Numbered from the stretch's first letter, positions 49,747 through 61,700 are shown. The stretch is 64,000 nucleotides of DNA from Spirochaetia bacterium (GCA_965203515.1 OZ241907.1:2112001-2176000), one strand, 5' to 3'. The notes: a model not told the origin generated them from the sequence alone. Numbers and translations: made by a program.

Positions 49747-50073
49747 TTGAAAATGTACGATCATTACACATACCGTATCACGTGGTCTTGCGAAGACGAC
49801 GAATACGTAGCGCTCTGCGCCGAGTTCCCGTTGCTGAGCTGGCTGGCGCCCACGCCGCAGGAAGCTCTCGCCGGGATGCAGGAACTGATCCGAGACGTCA
49901 TCGCAGATATGCAGGCCCACGGTGAGATACCGCCCGAACCCCTCGCGGACCGAAAGTACAGCGGGAGATTCGTAGTGCGGGTACCACCCGAAACCCATCG
50001 GGAGCTGGTGATGCAGGCGGCCGAAGAAGGCGTGAGTCTGAATCGGCTTGCGAGCGCCCGGCTGGCGAGATGA
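49747..50073 (+). CDS. hicB: HicB-family antitoxin (no adjacent hicA)
   Basis: HYTYRITWS.ED.EYVALCAEFP.LSW, KYSGRFVVRVPPETHR, EGVSLN. Confidence 0.88.
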   Translation: MKMYDHYTYRITWSCEDDEYVALCAEFPLLSWLAPTPQEALAGMQELIRDVIADMQAHGEIPPEPLADRKYSGRFVVRVPPETHRELVMQAAEEGVSLNRLASARLAR

Positions 50074-50104
50074 TCCGTCGCCCCGCATCGAGATCGACGA
50101 GCCG

Positions 50105-50227
50105 ATGACGCGCGTAACCGGCGATCTCCTCGACCGCATGGTTCAGACCATCGTCGATGAGGTCGATACCGAGCAGGTCCTGGCCCGCGCGCTGCGCGAA
50201 GGAACGGTGCTCTATGAGCGACGGTAA
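50105..50227 (+). pseudogene. Internally deleted nucleotidyltransferase (MNT) antitoxin gene
   Basis: MTRVTGDLLDRMVQTIVDEVDTEQV joined to LARALREGTVLYER; catalytic GS...DxD core missing. Confidence 0.55.
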
Positions 50228-51539
50228 GTGCGCGCGCGTATTGCTCGACTCCGCCGACCGCGAAGTGAAAGACGGCGCGCATCCGCAGATACCGTACGGC
50301 TGGGCCGACTTCGAGGCGATCCGCCGCGAGGGCTGTCTGTACGTCGACAAGACGCGCTTTCTGCACGACCTGGAGCAGGAGCGGTACGCCTTTCTGATCC
50401 GCCCCCGCCGCTTCGGCAAGTCGTGCTGGGTCGCACTGCTGGCCTGCTACTACGACCGCACCCGCGCCGACCGCTTCGCGACGCTGTTCGCGGGCACGGA
50501 CATCGGGCGCCGGCCGACGCCGAACCGGCACCGCTACGTCATCCTGCACTTCGACTTCTCCGCGTTCGACGATACCCCGGAGACGCTGCGCGAACGGTTC
50601 GAGTACTACTGCTTTCAACAGCTCCGCTACGCGCTGGAGTGCAACCCCGACCTGTTCCCGGCAGCGACGGTGCGGCGCATCCTGGCGGCGCCAACCATCG
50701 ATACGAAACTGAACGAGCTGTTCCTGCACGCGCGAAGGCACGGCATCCCGTTGTACGTGCTCATCGACGAGTACGACAACTTCGCCAACACCATCCTGGC
50801 CTATCGCGGGTCGGAGGCGTATCACTCCTTCACGCACGGCGGCGGCTTCTACCGCAACTTCTTCGCCACCCTCAAGGCGGGCGCCGGCTACGGCGGCGGC
50901 ATCGAGCGCCTGTTCGTCACCGGCGTCTCCCCGATCACCATGGACGACGTGACCAGCGGCTTCAACATCGGCGCCAACCTCAGCCTGCGACCGGAGTTCA
51001 ACGAGCTGCTCGGCTTCACGGAAGCGGAGGTGCGCGCCGTGCTGGAGCGCTACCGCCGGCACGGCGTGTTCGATCAGGACGTGGACCAGGCGATGGCGGT
51101 AATGGGCGAATGGTACAACGGCTACCGCTTCGCCGCGGGCGCGCCGAACGATCTCTACCACACCGACCTGGTGCTCTACTATCTGAAGTGGTCGATCCCG
51201 AACCGACCGCCGCCGCACGATCCGATCGATCGCAATGTCCGCATCGATTACGGCAAGCTGCGCCATCTGCTCACCGTCAACCAGCGCCTGAACGGCAACT
51301 TCGACCTGCTGCGCCACGTCCTCGGCGCAGGCCGGGTGGACGGCGATCTGCAGGACGGGTTTCCCCTGGAGCGTCTGACGGAGCGGGAAAACTTCCTGTC
51401 GCTGCTCCACTACTTCGGCCTGCTCAGCATCCGCGAGGTACGCGAGCAGGCGGTCCGGTTGGGGATTCCCAACCAGACCGTCAAGCGCCTGATGTACGGC
51501 TATCTGCGCGACGGCGTGCCCCGCCGTCGGCTTGAATGA
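50214..51539 (+). pseudogene. Third AAA-ATPase-like paralog, 3'-truncated (PD-(D/E)XK domain lost), with a possible HEPN-derived N-terminal remnant
   Basis: Follows copies 1 and 2 up to YGYLRDG, then ends at the fdh stop; first ~17 aa MSDGKCARVLLDSADRE. Confidence 0.75.
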
Positions 51540-52757
51540 CTAGTCGGCCTTGAACTTCGCCGCCTCCTCGGAGCCGCCGGTGGCGTCGCCCTCGCTGTAG
51601 GAGTGCGCTCCCGTGCCGGCCAGCGCGCCGCCCTGCACGATCAGGTACTCGTCCCGTATCGGCTTGCCGTCGAACCAGCACTCCAGAATCTCGCGCACTC
51701 CGGCCGCGTACCGGGCCTGCGCCGACAACGAGGTGCCCGACGTGTGCGGCGTCAACGCCTGATTCGGCATGGTGCGCCACGGGTGATCGTTGGGCGGCGG
51801 CTGCGGGAACCAGACGTCGCCGGCGTACCCGGCGAGCTGGCCGCTCTCCAGCGCCCGCACGATGGCGTCCCGGTCGCAGATCTTGCCGCGAGCGGTGTTC
51901 ACCAGGTACGACCCGCGCCGCATCCTGCCGATCAACTCATCGTCGAACAGATGCTCCGTCTCCGGATGGAGCGGGCAATGGATGCTCACCACGTCGCAGG
52001 CGGCGACCAGCGATTCGACGCGGTCGTGAAAGGTCAGGCCCAACTCCTGCTCGACGCTGTCCGGCAGGCGGTGCCGGTCGGTGTAGTGCAGATCGACGTC
52101 GAACGGCTTCATCCGCCTCAGCACCGCCAAGCCGATCCGGCCGGCCGCCACCACGCCCACGGCCATGCCCTCGATGTCATAGGACCGGGAGACCGCATCC
52201 GCGATGTTCCACCCGCCCCGGACGACCCACCCGTGCTGCGGGATGTAATCCCGCACCAGCGCCAGCATCTGCATGACCGCATGCTCCGCGACGCTGATGC
52301 TGTTGCACCACGTCACCTCGCACACGGTGATGTTCCGGCCGATGGCCGACTGCAAGTCGACGTGGTCCGAGCCGATGCCGGCGGTGATGGCCAGCTTGAG
52401 GTTGGGCGCCTTGGCGATCCGCTCGGCGGTCAGGTACGCCGGCCAGAACGGCTGCGAAATGACGATGTCGGCATCGGTCAGCTCCTGCTCGAACGCCGAT
52501 TCGGGGCCGTCCTTGTCCGAGGTGACCACGAACGTATGGCCGCGCTCGGCCAGGAACGGCTCCAGGCCGAGCCCGCCGGAAACGGAACCCAGCAGATGGC
52601 CGGGCGTGAAGTCGATGGCCGCCGGCGTCGGCATGGTCTGGCCGTCCGGGTACTGAGCAAGCGTGGGGATGCTGTTCCGGGCGTACGGGGGAGGGAACCC
52701 TCCCACCGGATCGTCGTACAGGACGCAGAGCACCTTCTGTGCGGCATTGGAGCCCAT
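51540..52757 (-). CDS. fdh: NAD-dependent formate dehydrogenase
   Basis: KVLCVLYDDP, ISQPFWPAY, AGIGSDHVDL, CNSISVAEH, AAGRIG, GDVWFPQP, PHTSGTSLSAQARY. Confidence 0.95.
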   Translation of the reverse strand: MGSNAAQKVLCVLYDDPVGGFPPPYARNSIPTLAQYPDGQTMPTPAAIDFTPGHLLGSVSGGLGLEPFLAERGHTFVVTSDKDGPESAFEQELTDADIVISQPFWPAYLTAERIAKAPNLKLAITAGIGSDHVDLQSAIGRNITVCEVTWCNSISVAEHAVMQMLALVRDYIPQHGWVVRGGWNIADAVSRSYDIEGMAVGVVAAGRIGLAVLRRMKPFDVDLHYTDRHRLPDSVEQELGLTFHDRVESLVAACDVVSIHCPLHPETEHLFDDELIGRMRRGSYLVNTARGKICDRDAIVRALESGQLAGYAGDVWFPQPPPNDHPWRTMPNQALTPHTSGTSLSAQARYAAGVREILECWFDGKPIRDEYLIVQGGALAGTGAHSYSEGDATGGSEEAAKFKAD

Positions 52758-52854
52758 TGTGTGGAACCTCTCAGGTCTGGAGTATAGCTCCGCCGAGCTT
52801 AGACCGAACCGCCGTTTCCCCGCAAACGCGGACCGACTGCGGTCTGCTCGCTTT

Positions 52855-52998
52855 TCATCTCACTCGGACGCGCGCCAACGCGCTTGAAATCACGCGGCGG
52901 CCGCGGAGGTACCGCCGCAGCCCCTGGGACTCCGGTTCGCGCACGACGAGCTTGACGATTGCCGACGAGTCGAGATAAGTGACGCCATCAACGGTCAT
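52855..52998 (-). pseudogene. Truncated PIN-domain (VapC) toxin
   Basis: TYLDSSAIVKLVVREPES...ISSALAR then stop after ~47 aa. Confidence 0.75.
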
Positions 52999-53263
52999 CG
53001 GAACGGAGCCGGGCGAGCCGGACGGACGGTGGCTCCGCACCCGGTCCGGGCGTGAGCGGCGGCGGCACATCGTCTATCGGGCCCTTTGCCTCTTCCAGCT
53101 CTCCGGCAAGCCGAAGCTGATCGAGGGGCGAAGCAGCGGGAATTCGGCTCAGGACCGCAACCGGGCGGCCCCGGTTCGTGACCTCGAACGTCTCGCCAGC
53201 CTCGACGCGACGGAGGTAGTCGCTCGCCCGCTGGCGTAGCTCACGGACTCCTATCGAGTTCAT
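52988..53263 (-). CDS. Phd/YefM-family antitoxin
   Basis: IGVRELRQRASDYLRRVEAGETFEVTNRGRPVA. Confidence 0.88.
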   Translation of the reverse strand: MNSIGVRELRQRASDYLRRVEAGETFEVTNRGRPVAVLSRIPAASPLDQLRLAGELEEAKGPIDDVPPPLTPGPGAEPPSVRLARLRSDDR

Positions 53264-53264
53264 G

Positions 53265-53280
53265 GTGCTACATGTAGCAC
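53265..53280. promoter_or_regulatory. Palindromic TA operator candidate GTGCTACATGTAGCAC
   Basis: Perfect 16-bp palindrome directly upstream of the antitoxin ATG. Confidence 0.65.
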
Positions 53281-53341
53281 ACACAGCGGAGCATGACCAA
53301 GCGAGGCGAGCAGGGGCCGCGATCGGCGCGCCTCCGCGGCG

Positions 53342-54388
53342 GTGCATACTGATGAGGCGATGACATCGGCGCTGGAGCTGAACGAGGAGGCGCTCGCGCA
53401 GCGCTTGGCAGCCCTGGGAGAGCCGGCCTACCGCGCCCGGCAGATCCGCACTCACCTGCTGCGCCGCGGCGTCCTGGACTTCGACGACATGACCGACCTG
53501 CCGGCCGCCGTGCGCGACCGGCTGCGCTCCGAGTTGCCGGCCACGCCGCTCGCCCTGCAGCAGCGCCGGCCCACCCCGGACGGGCAGACCGCCAAGCTGC
53601 TGCTGCGCGCGCAGGACGGCGAGATGATCGAGGCGGTGTCGATCCGCGAAGACGATCGGCATACCGTGTGCGTCTCGAGCCAGGCGGGGTGCGGCATGGC
53701 ATGCGCGTTCTGCGCGTCCGGACTCGACGGCGTGGCCCGCAACCTCACCGCAGCCGAGATGGTGGCGCAGGTGCTCCACGCCCGCGCGCACAGCGCCGTC
53801 ACCAACGTGGTCTTCATGGGCATGGGGGAGCCGCTGGCCAACTTCCCGCGGCTGGTCGCGGCGATCGGCGCGTTGACCGACCCGGCAGGGATCGGCCTGG
53901 GCGCACGCCGGCTGACCGTCAGTACCGTCGGTCTGGCGCCGCGCATCCGCGACCTGGCGGCGATCGGGCTGCCGGTCGGGTTGGCGATCAGCCTGCACGC
54001 GGCCGACGACGCGACCCGGCAGAGCCTGGTGCCGGTCGCGCAACGCTACGGCATCGCCGAGCTGCTGGACGCCGCCGCCGGGTACGCTGCCGCCACCGGC
54101 CGGCGGGTTACCTTCGAGTACACCCTGATCGCCGGCCGCAATGCCGAGCCGCGCCACGCCGACGCCCTGGGCCGGCTGCTGGCCGGCAGCGGCTCGCAGG
54201 TGAACCTGATCCCGTACAACCCGGTCCCCGGCCTGCCCTTCGCCGAGCCGGCCGCAGAGGCGGTGCGGAGCTTCGCCGCCATCGTCGCCGGCCACGGCGT
54301 GACCGTCACCACCCGCAAGGAGCGCGGCCGCCGCGTCGACGCCGCCTGCGGCCAGCTCCGCCGCGCCAATCGCGGCTCCGGCGCATGA
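53342..54388 (+). CDS. rlmN: Dual-specificity RNA methyltransferase RlmN (radical SAM)
   Basis: CVSSQAGCGMACAFCASG, FMGMGEP, AISLHA, NLIPYN, AACGQL. Confidence 0.93.
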   Translation: MHTDEAMTSALELNEEALAQRLAALGEPAYRARQIRTHLLRRGVLDFDDMTDLPAAVRDRLRSELPATPLALQQRRPTPDGQTAKLLLRAQDGEMIEAVSIREDDRHTVCVSSQAGCGMACAFCASGLDGVARNLTAAEMVAQVLHARAHSAVTNVVFMGMGEPLANFPRLVAAIGALTDPAGIGLGARRLTVSTVGLAPRIRDLAAIGLPVGLAISLHAADDATRQSLVPVAQRYGIAELLDAAAGYAAATGRRVTFEYTLIAGRNAEPRHADALGRLLAGSGSQVNLIPYNPVPGLPFAEPAAEAVRSFAAIVAGHGVTVTTRKERGRRVDAACGQLRRANRGSGA

Positions 54389-55674
54389 TCGACGACCGCA
54401 GCCCGGACGTCCTGATCGTGGGCGGCGGCGTCATCGGCATGAGCTGCGCCTGGCACCTGACGCGGGCCGGCGCCCGCGTGACGGTGATCGAGTCGGCCGC
54501 GATCGGCGACCGCCGGTCCTGCTCCTACGGCAACCAGGGGCTGGTCTGTCCCAGCCACGCGGTGCCGATCGCCGCCCCGGGCGTGGTTGCGCAGGGACTT
54601 CGGTGGCTGTTCGATCCGACCGGCCCGCTGTACATCCGCAGCCCCTGGCGCGCCGAGATGCTCCGCTGGCTGTGGCGGTTCACGCGCGCCGCCACGCCGG
54701 CGCGAGCCGAGGCGGGAACGGCCGCCATGGCGGAGCTGCTGCTGCGCAGCGCCGACCTGCACGCGCGGATGGCCGCGTCGGCTGCCGCGCCGGACGGCGG
54801 CCATCCCTACAGCTACGCCGCCGACGGCGTGCTGTACGCGTTTCTGACGCCGGAGGGGTTGCGGCACCACCTCCACGAGTCCCGTCAGGCCGCCCGCCAC
54901 GGCATACCGTTCCGGCAGCTCACCGGCGATCAGGTGCGGCAGATGGAGCCGGCCCTGTCGCCGCGCGTGGTCGGCGGCGTGCTGTACCCCGGCGACGCCC
55001 ACGTCGATCCCGGCTCCTTCGTGCGCTGGCTGCACCGGCAGGCGATCGACGCCGGCGTCCAGGTGGTGGAGCAGACCGACGTGATCCGGCTGCAGCCGGG
55101 CGGACCGGGCGGTCGTGCGTCGGCGCTCACCTCGCGCGGCGAGATCGGCGCCGGCCAGATCGTGATCGCCGCCGGCGCGTGGAGCCCGCTGGTCGCCGCC
55201 GAGCTTGATCTGCGGCTGCCGGTGCAGGCCGCCAAAGGGTACTCGATCACCTTCAGCCGCCCGCCGTGGCGACCGCGCCGGCCGGTCAATCTGGGCGAGG
55301 CGCGCGCCGTGGCGACCCCGCTCCCGCACGGGGTCAGGATCGGCGGCACGCTGGAGCTGGCCGGCCTGGACCGCTCCATCGCCCTGCGGCGCGTCCAGGC
55401 CATCCTGGACGGAGCCGGCCGCCTGGTACCCGGCGCGCGCTTCGATGCCGGCGCCCCCGATGCCGAGGTGTGGCGTGGGCTGCGCCCGCTCGCCCCCGAC
55501 GCTCTGCCGATCATCGGCCGGCCGCGCGCGCACCCGAACGTGGTCCTGGCCACCGCGCACGGCACGCTGGGCGTGTCGCTCGCCCCCGCCACGGGCGAGG
55601 CGGTGGCCGCCCTGATCGCCGGGAACCGGCCCGCGATCGACCTGCATCCCTGTCGGCCCGACCGATTCGCGTAG
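54385..55674 (+). CDS. D-amino acid dehydrogenase (DadA-like) FAD-dependent oxidoreductase
   Basis: IVGGGVIG, SYGNQG, AKGYS, WRGLRP...DALPIIG, HGTLG. Confidence 0.85.
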   Translation: MIDDRSPDVLIVGGGVIGMSCAWHLTRAGARVTVIESAAIGDRRSCSYGNQGLVCPSHAVPIAAPGVVAQGLRWLFDPTGPLYIRSPWRAEMLRWLWRFTRAATPARAEAGTAAMAELLLRSADLHARMAASAAAPDGGHPYSYAADGVLYAFLTPEGLRHHLHESRQAARHGIPFRQLTGDQVRQMEPALSPRVVGGVLYPGDAHVDPGSFVRWLHRQAIDAGVQVVEQTDVIRLQPGGPGGRASALTSRGEIGAGQIVIAAGAWSPLVAAELDLRLPVQAAKGYSITFSRPPWRPRRPVNLGEARAVATPLPHGVRIGGTLELAGLDRSIALRRVQAILDGAGRLVPGARFDAGAPDAEVWRGLRPLAPDALPIIGRPRAHPNVVLATAHGTLGVSLAPATGEAVAALIAGNRPAIDLHPCRPDRFA

Positions 55675-55691
55675 AGATCGCCGCGGTCGAT

Positions 55692-56231
55692 TCAGCCGGG
55701 AGCTACCGCCGCCTCGCGTTCCAGTCCAAGTTTGCGCAGCAGCATGAGCGCCTGCTCCATGCGTGCTGCCGTCGCCTTGAGCGGCTTGCGCGCCTTCGTC
55801 TCCTCTATCGCGTCATGCACGTAACCGTCCTCTTCGCGCAGAAAGACGATGGCCGCGGCAAGCTCCAGGACGATGTCGGAGGCGTCCTGCATTTCCCTCA
55901 ACAACGAACGGACCCGGTCGGCTGACAGGTCCCCGAGCCGGTCAGGGGCGTGATCTCCCTTTGATCTGAAGATCGCGTAACGGATGCCGTACGACCCGAG
56001 CCGTTCCTCCACGTCGATCCGGTCGTCGGCGTGCGCGTCGATCAACCCGTCGGCAAGCGCCAGGGAGTACGGCCCATAATGGTGATAGATGAACGGGAAC
56101 GGAAGGTCGAAGTTCGCTCCGCAGCGATGCAGGAGATAAGCTGCCTTCTGCAGCCGTGTCCGACCGACCAGTTCGCCGCCATGCAGCGCGATCAGGTTGA
56201 CGACTATATCTTCTATGTCTTCGACGTTCAC
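55692..56231 (-). CDS. YwgA-like protein
   Basis: GRTRLQKAAYLL, FIYHHYGPYS, LELAA; coupled to the HD gene (GTGA overlap). Confidence 0.7.
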   Translation of the reverse strand: MNVEDIEDIVVNLIALHGGELVGRTRLQKAAYLLHRCGANFDLPFPFIYHHYGPYSLALADGLIDAHADDRIDVEERLGSYGIRYAIFRSKGDHAPDRLGDLSADRVRSLLREMQDASDIVLELAAAIVFLREEDGYVHDAIEETKARKPLKATAARMEQALMLLRKLGLEREAAVAPG

Positions 56232-57589
56232 GACGTTCTCACCTCCTGGAGGATCTTGCCGAGATCCTCGATCTTTTCCGTATCGGGTGCGTAGACCCGC
56301 TGAACCCGGCCCGGCCTTCCGTCATTGTGGAGAGACTTTACGATCGATGAAACTTCGGCGATGTCCTCCGGCTCGGGCAGGTCCGCACGGACTTTCACCA
56401 GGACCTTGTTGAGAGCCGAGGCGTCGTCGAAATCGTACCACGTGTACGGCGTGACCGCGGACTGATCGAACAACAGGTCGCCGGCCCATTCGATGCGGCG
56501 CTCATCCAACTCGCGTCGAAACCGCAGATACAGATTACCCTGCGGTTCGTCCCACGATCCGACCTCAAGGCATTTGTAGAGGTTGCGGTCGCGCAACCGG
56601 CCGGCCAGCTCGGCGACGCGGGGCTGCGGGCACTCGGCGTATTCCGCAAGAGCGGCCCAGACCGCCGCGTCGTCGAGCCGGAGGTATGCGCCCAGCGACG
56701 ACGTCCCGGTCGTGAGATACCGCAGCACCGGCTCCCGGCGGGCCAGGCCGCCATTCCGCAGCGAGGACGCGGCAGCCATCAGCAGCGCCTCCAGCATCTT
56801 CTCCGCCGCCCGCGTCGTCTTGTGAATGTAGACCGTCCAATAGAGGCGGAACCGCGCCTCCAGATAATCCTCCGCGACGGCGATCCCCTTGGGACCCAGA
56901 TACAGGCACTGCACCGGGCCGTAGTCCCGCTCGCCGATAGTGACCGATCCGACCTCCAGACAATCGAGCAGCCAATCGCTGTCGACGTGGCCGAACTGGA
57001 CGCCGCTCATCAGCCGGTCCCGTTGGATGTAGTCGATCCGGTCGGCGTCGAACTGGCTGGAAACGACGGCAGCATAGATGTCTTTCGCCTGCTCCTCCTT
57101 CAATAGTGCGCCGATCTGGTCCGGCAGTTGTCCGTCTAGCTCCCGCAGCACGCGGTTGACGTCCGTGTCGCCCTGCACGATCTCCGCGCTCCAGTCCTCG
57201 TGTCGTCTGGTCAGTCCCACCGCATTGGCGGCGCGCTCGAACACGTGGCTGAACGGACCGTGGCCGATGTCGTGCAGCAGGGCGGCCAGCAGCGCAACCC
57301 GCGCCCGATCCCGATCATGGTCCGGCCCCTGCTCGCGGGCGATCACGTCCAGCAGCCGGCGCGCCACGTGATAGACGCCGATGCTGTGGGCGAAGCGGGT
57401 GTGGGTCGCCCCCGGATAGACCAGATCGGAGAAGCCGAGCTGGCGGATGCGGCGCAGCCGCTGGAACTCTTTGGTGTCGAGCAGGCGCCACGCGATCCGG
57501 TCCGTCTCGTTCCCGTGAGCATCGCGGCCTCCGAACATGATGAGACCATGGACCGGATCGCGGACTCGTTGCTTCCAGTCGCCTCCCAT
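56228..57589 (-). CDS. HD-domain phosphohydrolase (YwfO/SAMHD1-like)
   Basis: [56 protein letters not shown]. Confidence 0.88.
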   Translation of the reverse strand: MGGDWKQRVRDPVHGLIMFGGRDAHGNETDRIAWRLLDTKEFQRLRRIRQLGFSDLVYPGATHTRFAHSIGVYHVARRLLDVIAREQGPDHDRDRARVALLAALLHDIGHGPFSHVFERAANAVGLTRRHEDWSAEIVQGDTDVNRVLRELDGQLPDQIGALLKEEQAKDIYAAVVSSQFDADRIDYIQRDRLMSGVQFGHVDSDWLLDCLEVGSVTIGERDYGPVQCLYLGPKGIAVAEDYLEARFRLYWTVYIHKTTRAAEKMLEALLMAAASSLRNGGLARREPVLRYLTTGTSSLGAYLRLDDAAVWAALAEYAECPQPRVAELAGRLRDRNLYKCLEVGSWDEPQGNLYLRFRRELDERRIEWAGDLLFDQSAVTPYTWYDFDDASALNKVLVKVRADLPEPEDIAEVSSIVKSLHNDGRPGRVQRVYAPDTEKIEDLGKILQEVRTS

Positions 57590-57680
57590 CGTCGCCGATC
57601 CGGCATCATACGCGACGCCGGCCGCAGGCGGGTGGAGGCCAGGCAGCGCAACTCGACGCGACCTGTCGTACACTCGCCCG

Positions 57681-58757
57681 ATGAACGGCGACGCTCCGAT
57701 CGACCTGCGCAGCGATACCGTCACCCGGCCCACCGAGCGGATGCGGCAGGCGATGCACGCCGCCGAGGTGGGCGACGACTGCTTCGGGGAGGACCCGACC
57801 GTCAACCGGCTGGAGGCGCTGGCGGCCGAGCGGCTCGGCATGGAGGCGGCCGTGTACGTGCCGAGCGGCAGCATGGCCAACAGCGCCGCCCTGATCACCC
57901 ACCTGCGGATCGGCAGCCGCGCCGGCGGCGGCGGGCCGGCGCTGGTGGTCCATGAGGCGCACGCGCACATGTTCTCCAACGACCGTGACCGGCTGGCGCG
58001 CGCCCTGTTCGACGTCGAGTCGGCCGCGGTCGACACCGAGTGGGGGGTGATCACCCCCGATGACGTGCGGCAGGCGATCGCCGCCCATCCCGGCGCCGCG
58101 CCGCGGCTGCTGTGCATCGAAAACACGCACAACTACACCGGCGGCGGCGCGGTGACGCCCGCGCAGGTGAACGCCGCGGCGGCCGCCGCGCACGCGGCCG
58201 GCATGCACGTGCACTGCGACGGCGCGCGGCTGTTCAACGCCGCGGTCGCGCTGGGGGTTCCTGCCTGCGCGTTGGTAGCGCAGGTCGATTCGGCGATGTT
58301 TTGCGTCTCCAAGGGGCTGAGCGCGCCGGTCGGCTCGATCCTGTGCGGGGACGCGGCCTTCATCGCCGCGGCCCGCGAGACCCGCAAGCTGCACGGCGGC
58401 TCGATGCGGCAGGCCGGCGTGATCGCCGCGGCCGGCACCGTCGCCCTTGCGGAGATGGTCGACCGGCTGGCGGACGACCACGCAAACGCCGCGCGGCTGG
58501 CGGCCGGGCTGCGCACCGTCGGCGGCGGCCTGCAGGTGCCGGTCCCGCCCATCCCCACCAACTTCGCCGTGGTCGACGTGCGCGAGCTCGGCTGGACCAC
58601 CGCGGAGCTGCTCGACCGCTACCGCGCCGAGGGCGTGCTGGTCACGCCGCGTCCGCCGACGCGCGCGCGCCTGGTGCTCAACCGGCACGTCGACGCCGGA
58701 CAGGTCGATCGGGTGATCGACGCCACCCGCCGCATCGCGGCCGGCGCGGGACGGTGA
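57681..58757 (+). CDS. ltaE: Low-specificity L-threonine aldolase family protein
   Basis: [51 protein letters not shown]. Confidence 0.85.
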   Translation: MNGDAPIDLRSDTVTRPTERMRQAMHAAEVGDDCFGEDPTVNRLEALAAERLGMEAAVYVPSGSMANSAALITHLRIGSRAGGGGPALVVHEAHAHMFSNDRDRLARALFDVESAAVDTEWGVITPDDVRQAIAAHPGAAPRLLCIENTHNYTGGGAVTPAQVNAAAAAAHAAGMHVHCDGARLFNAAVALGVPACALVAQVDSAMFCVSKGLSAPVGSILCGDAAFIAAARETRKLHGGSMRQAGVIAAAGTVALAEMVDRLADDHANAARLAAGLRTVGGGLQVPVPPIPTNFAVVDVRELGWTTAELLDRYRAEGVLVTPRPPTRARLVLNRHVDAGQVDRVIDATRRIAAGAGR

Positions 58758-61700
58758 GCGGTCCGGCAGCCCCCGCCGCCGGACGGGGACGGACCGACCG
58801 CGCCGCCGCCGGGAACGCTTCGGAGGCGCTGGCGGCGATGCGCTGGCGCTGCATCGGCCCGTACCGCGGCGGCCGCGTGGTGGCGGTGGCCGGCGACCCG
58901 GCGGAACCGCTGGTCTTCTACTTCGGCGCCTGCGCCGGCGGCGTCTGGAAGAGCACCGACGCGGGCCGCTTCTGGCGCAACGTCTCCGACGGGTACTTCC
59001 GCACCGCGTCGGTGGGCGCCATCGCCGTCGCGCCGTCGGCGCATCGCACGCTCTACGCCGGCATGGGCGAATCGCAGATCCGGGTCGACGTGACCCACGG
59101 TGACGGCGTGTACCGCAGCGACGACGGCGGTGAGTCGTGGCGCCACCTGGGCTTGGCCGCGACCCGCCACGTCAGCCGCGTGCGCGTCCACCCCGAGGAC
59201 CCGGACACGGTCTACGTGGCGGCGCTGGGCCGCGCGTTCGGGCGCAACCCCGAGCGCGGCGTGTACCGCTCCACCGACGGCGGCGCGACCTGGGAGCAGG
59301 TCCTGCACCGCGGCGCGGCGGCCGGCGCCGGCGACCTGACCCTGGACCTCAACCGTCCGCACGTGCTGTTCGCGGCGCTCTGGCAGGTGATCCGCAAGCC
59401 CTGGACGATCAGGAGCGGCGGCCCCGACTCCGGCATCTTCCGCTCCACCGACGGCGGCGCGACGTGGCAGGAGCTGACCGGCCGGCCCGGCCTGCCGCGC
59501 GGCATCCTGGGCCGCGTCGGCATCGCCGCCTCGCCGGCGCGGGCGGGGCGCGTCTGGGCGCTGATCGAAGCGCGCGACGGCGGGCTGTACCGCTCCGACG
59601 ACGACGGCGAGTCATGGCGGCTGGTCAACCACGACACGGCGCTGCGCGAGAAGCCGTTCTACTTCACCCACGTGTTCGCCCATCCCACCGACCCGGAGCA
59701 GGTCTGGTCGCTGTGCAAGAAGGCGTACCGCTCGACCGACGGCGGCCACACCTTCGAGGTGATCTCCACCCCGCACCACGACGATCACGACCTGTGGATC
59801 GATCCGCAGGACCCGGCGCGCATGATCGAGGGCAACGACGGCGGCGCCGCGGTCAGCCTGGACGGGGGCGAGACCTGGAGCAGCGTCTACAACCAGCCGA
59901 CCGCGCAGTTCTACCGGATGGAGGTCGACGACCGCTTCCCGTACCGGGTGTACGCCACCCAGCAGGACTCCAGCGCCGTCAGCGTGCCGTCGGACGGCGT
60001 CTACGGCGCCATTCGCTGGGCCGACTGCTACACCACCGGCAGCGCGGAGAGCGGCCATATCGCCGTCAAGCGCGACGATCCGGACATCGTCTACGCCGGC
60101 GCCACCGGCAGCAGCCCCGGCGGTCCCGGCAGCCTGATGCGCTACGACCACCGCAGCGGCCAGGTGCGCCTGATCTCGCCGGTGCCGGCCATGGACGGAT
60201 CGAGTCCGCCGGCCGAATGGCCGCATCGGTTCAACTGGACCTTTCCGGTGCTCTCCTCCCGCCACGACCCGCGCGTGCTGCTGACCGCCGGCAACGTGGT
60301 GTTCCGCTCCACCGACGAGGGATCGAGCTGGGAGCCGATCAGCCCCGACCTGACCCGCGACGACGCGGACCGGACCGTCGCCTCCGGCGGTCCCATTACC
60401 GGCGAGGGCGCCTCCGACGTCTACTGCACGATCATCGCGCTGGCCGAGTCCCCGCACCGGCCGGCGGAGCTCTGGGCCGGGTCGGACGACGGCTTGGCGC
60501 ACCGCACGCGCGACGGCGGCGCGAGCTGGCAGGAGGTGACGCCGGCCGCACTCCCCGCCTGGGCGTCGGTCCTCTGCCTGGAGCCGTCCCCGCACGACCC
60601 GGACCGATGGTACCTGGCCGCCGCGCGCTATCGGCTCGACGACACGCGGCCGCTGCTGTACCGCACGGCCGACGGCGGCGCGTCGTGGCGGTCGATCGCC
60701 GGCGGCCTGCCGGAGGACGACTTCACGCGCGTGATTCGCTGCGATCCGCAGCGCCCCGGTCTGCTGTACTGCGGCACGGAGACCGGCGTGTACGTATCGC
60801 TCGACGACGGGGCTGCCTGGACGCGCGCCAACGAGGCGGCCGAGCCGGGGAGCCGGCTGCCGGTCGCTCCCGTGTACGACCTGCGCGTCCACCGGGGCGA
60901 CCTGGCGGCGGCCACGCACGGGCGCTCGTTCTGGATCCTCGACGACCTGACTCCGTTGCGCCGTGCGGGCGGCTGCTCCGCGCCGGCGCTGCTGCCGCCG
61001 CGGGACCCGGTGCGGACGCTGCATCAGGTCGGTTGGGACCCTTGGACCGGCCCGCAGAAGACCTATCAGATCGGCTCGCTCGGCGTGGAGGCGACCTTCG
61101 TGGAACACCGGCTCCCCGGCGGCGGCAGCCGCCGCGAGTTTCTCGACGCCGGCAGCCCGCGGCCGCGCGGAGCGCTGATCTACTACCGGCTGCCGGACGG
61201 GTGCCGGGCGGCCGAGGTGCGCATCGTCGATTCGCGCGGGCGGCTGGTCCGCCGGTTCGGGAGCGGCGGGCCGGAAGCCCGCGACGGCCGCCTGCTCTGC
61301 GCCGCCGGACTGAACCGCCTGACCTGGGACCTCACCTGGAGCCGGTACGCGGCGGCACCGGGCGCGGACCGGCCGATCGATACCGGCGTGGCGCCGCTGG
61401 CGGCGCCGGGCGAGTACCGCATCGAGTTGCGCGCCGGCGGGGAGCGCTGCGCCACGAGCGTGCAGGTATCGTCCGACCCGCGGGTCGGCGCGGACCCGCA
61501 GGACCTCCGGGAACAGACGGAGCTCCTGCTCCGCATCCGCGCTGCGATCGCCGAGGTGATGGCCGCGATCGACGCGATCCGGCGTCGCCGCGAGCAGGCT
61601 GCGGCGCCGGACGCCGCGCTCGACGAGATCGAACGCATCCTGCACCGGGTGGTGCCGCCCGGCGACCTGGAACGCAACCACGTCGGCGGCGTGCTCGAAG

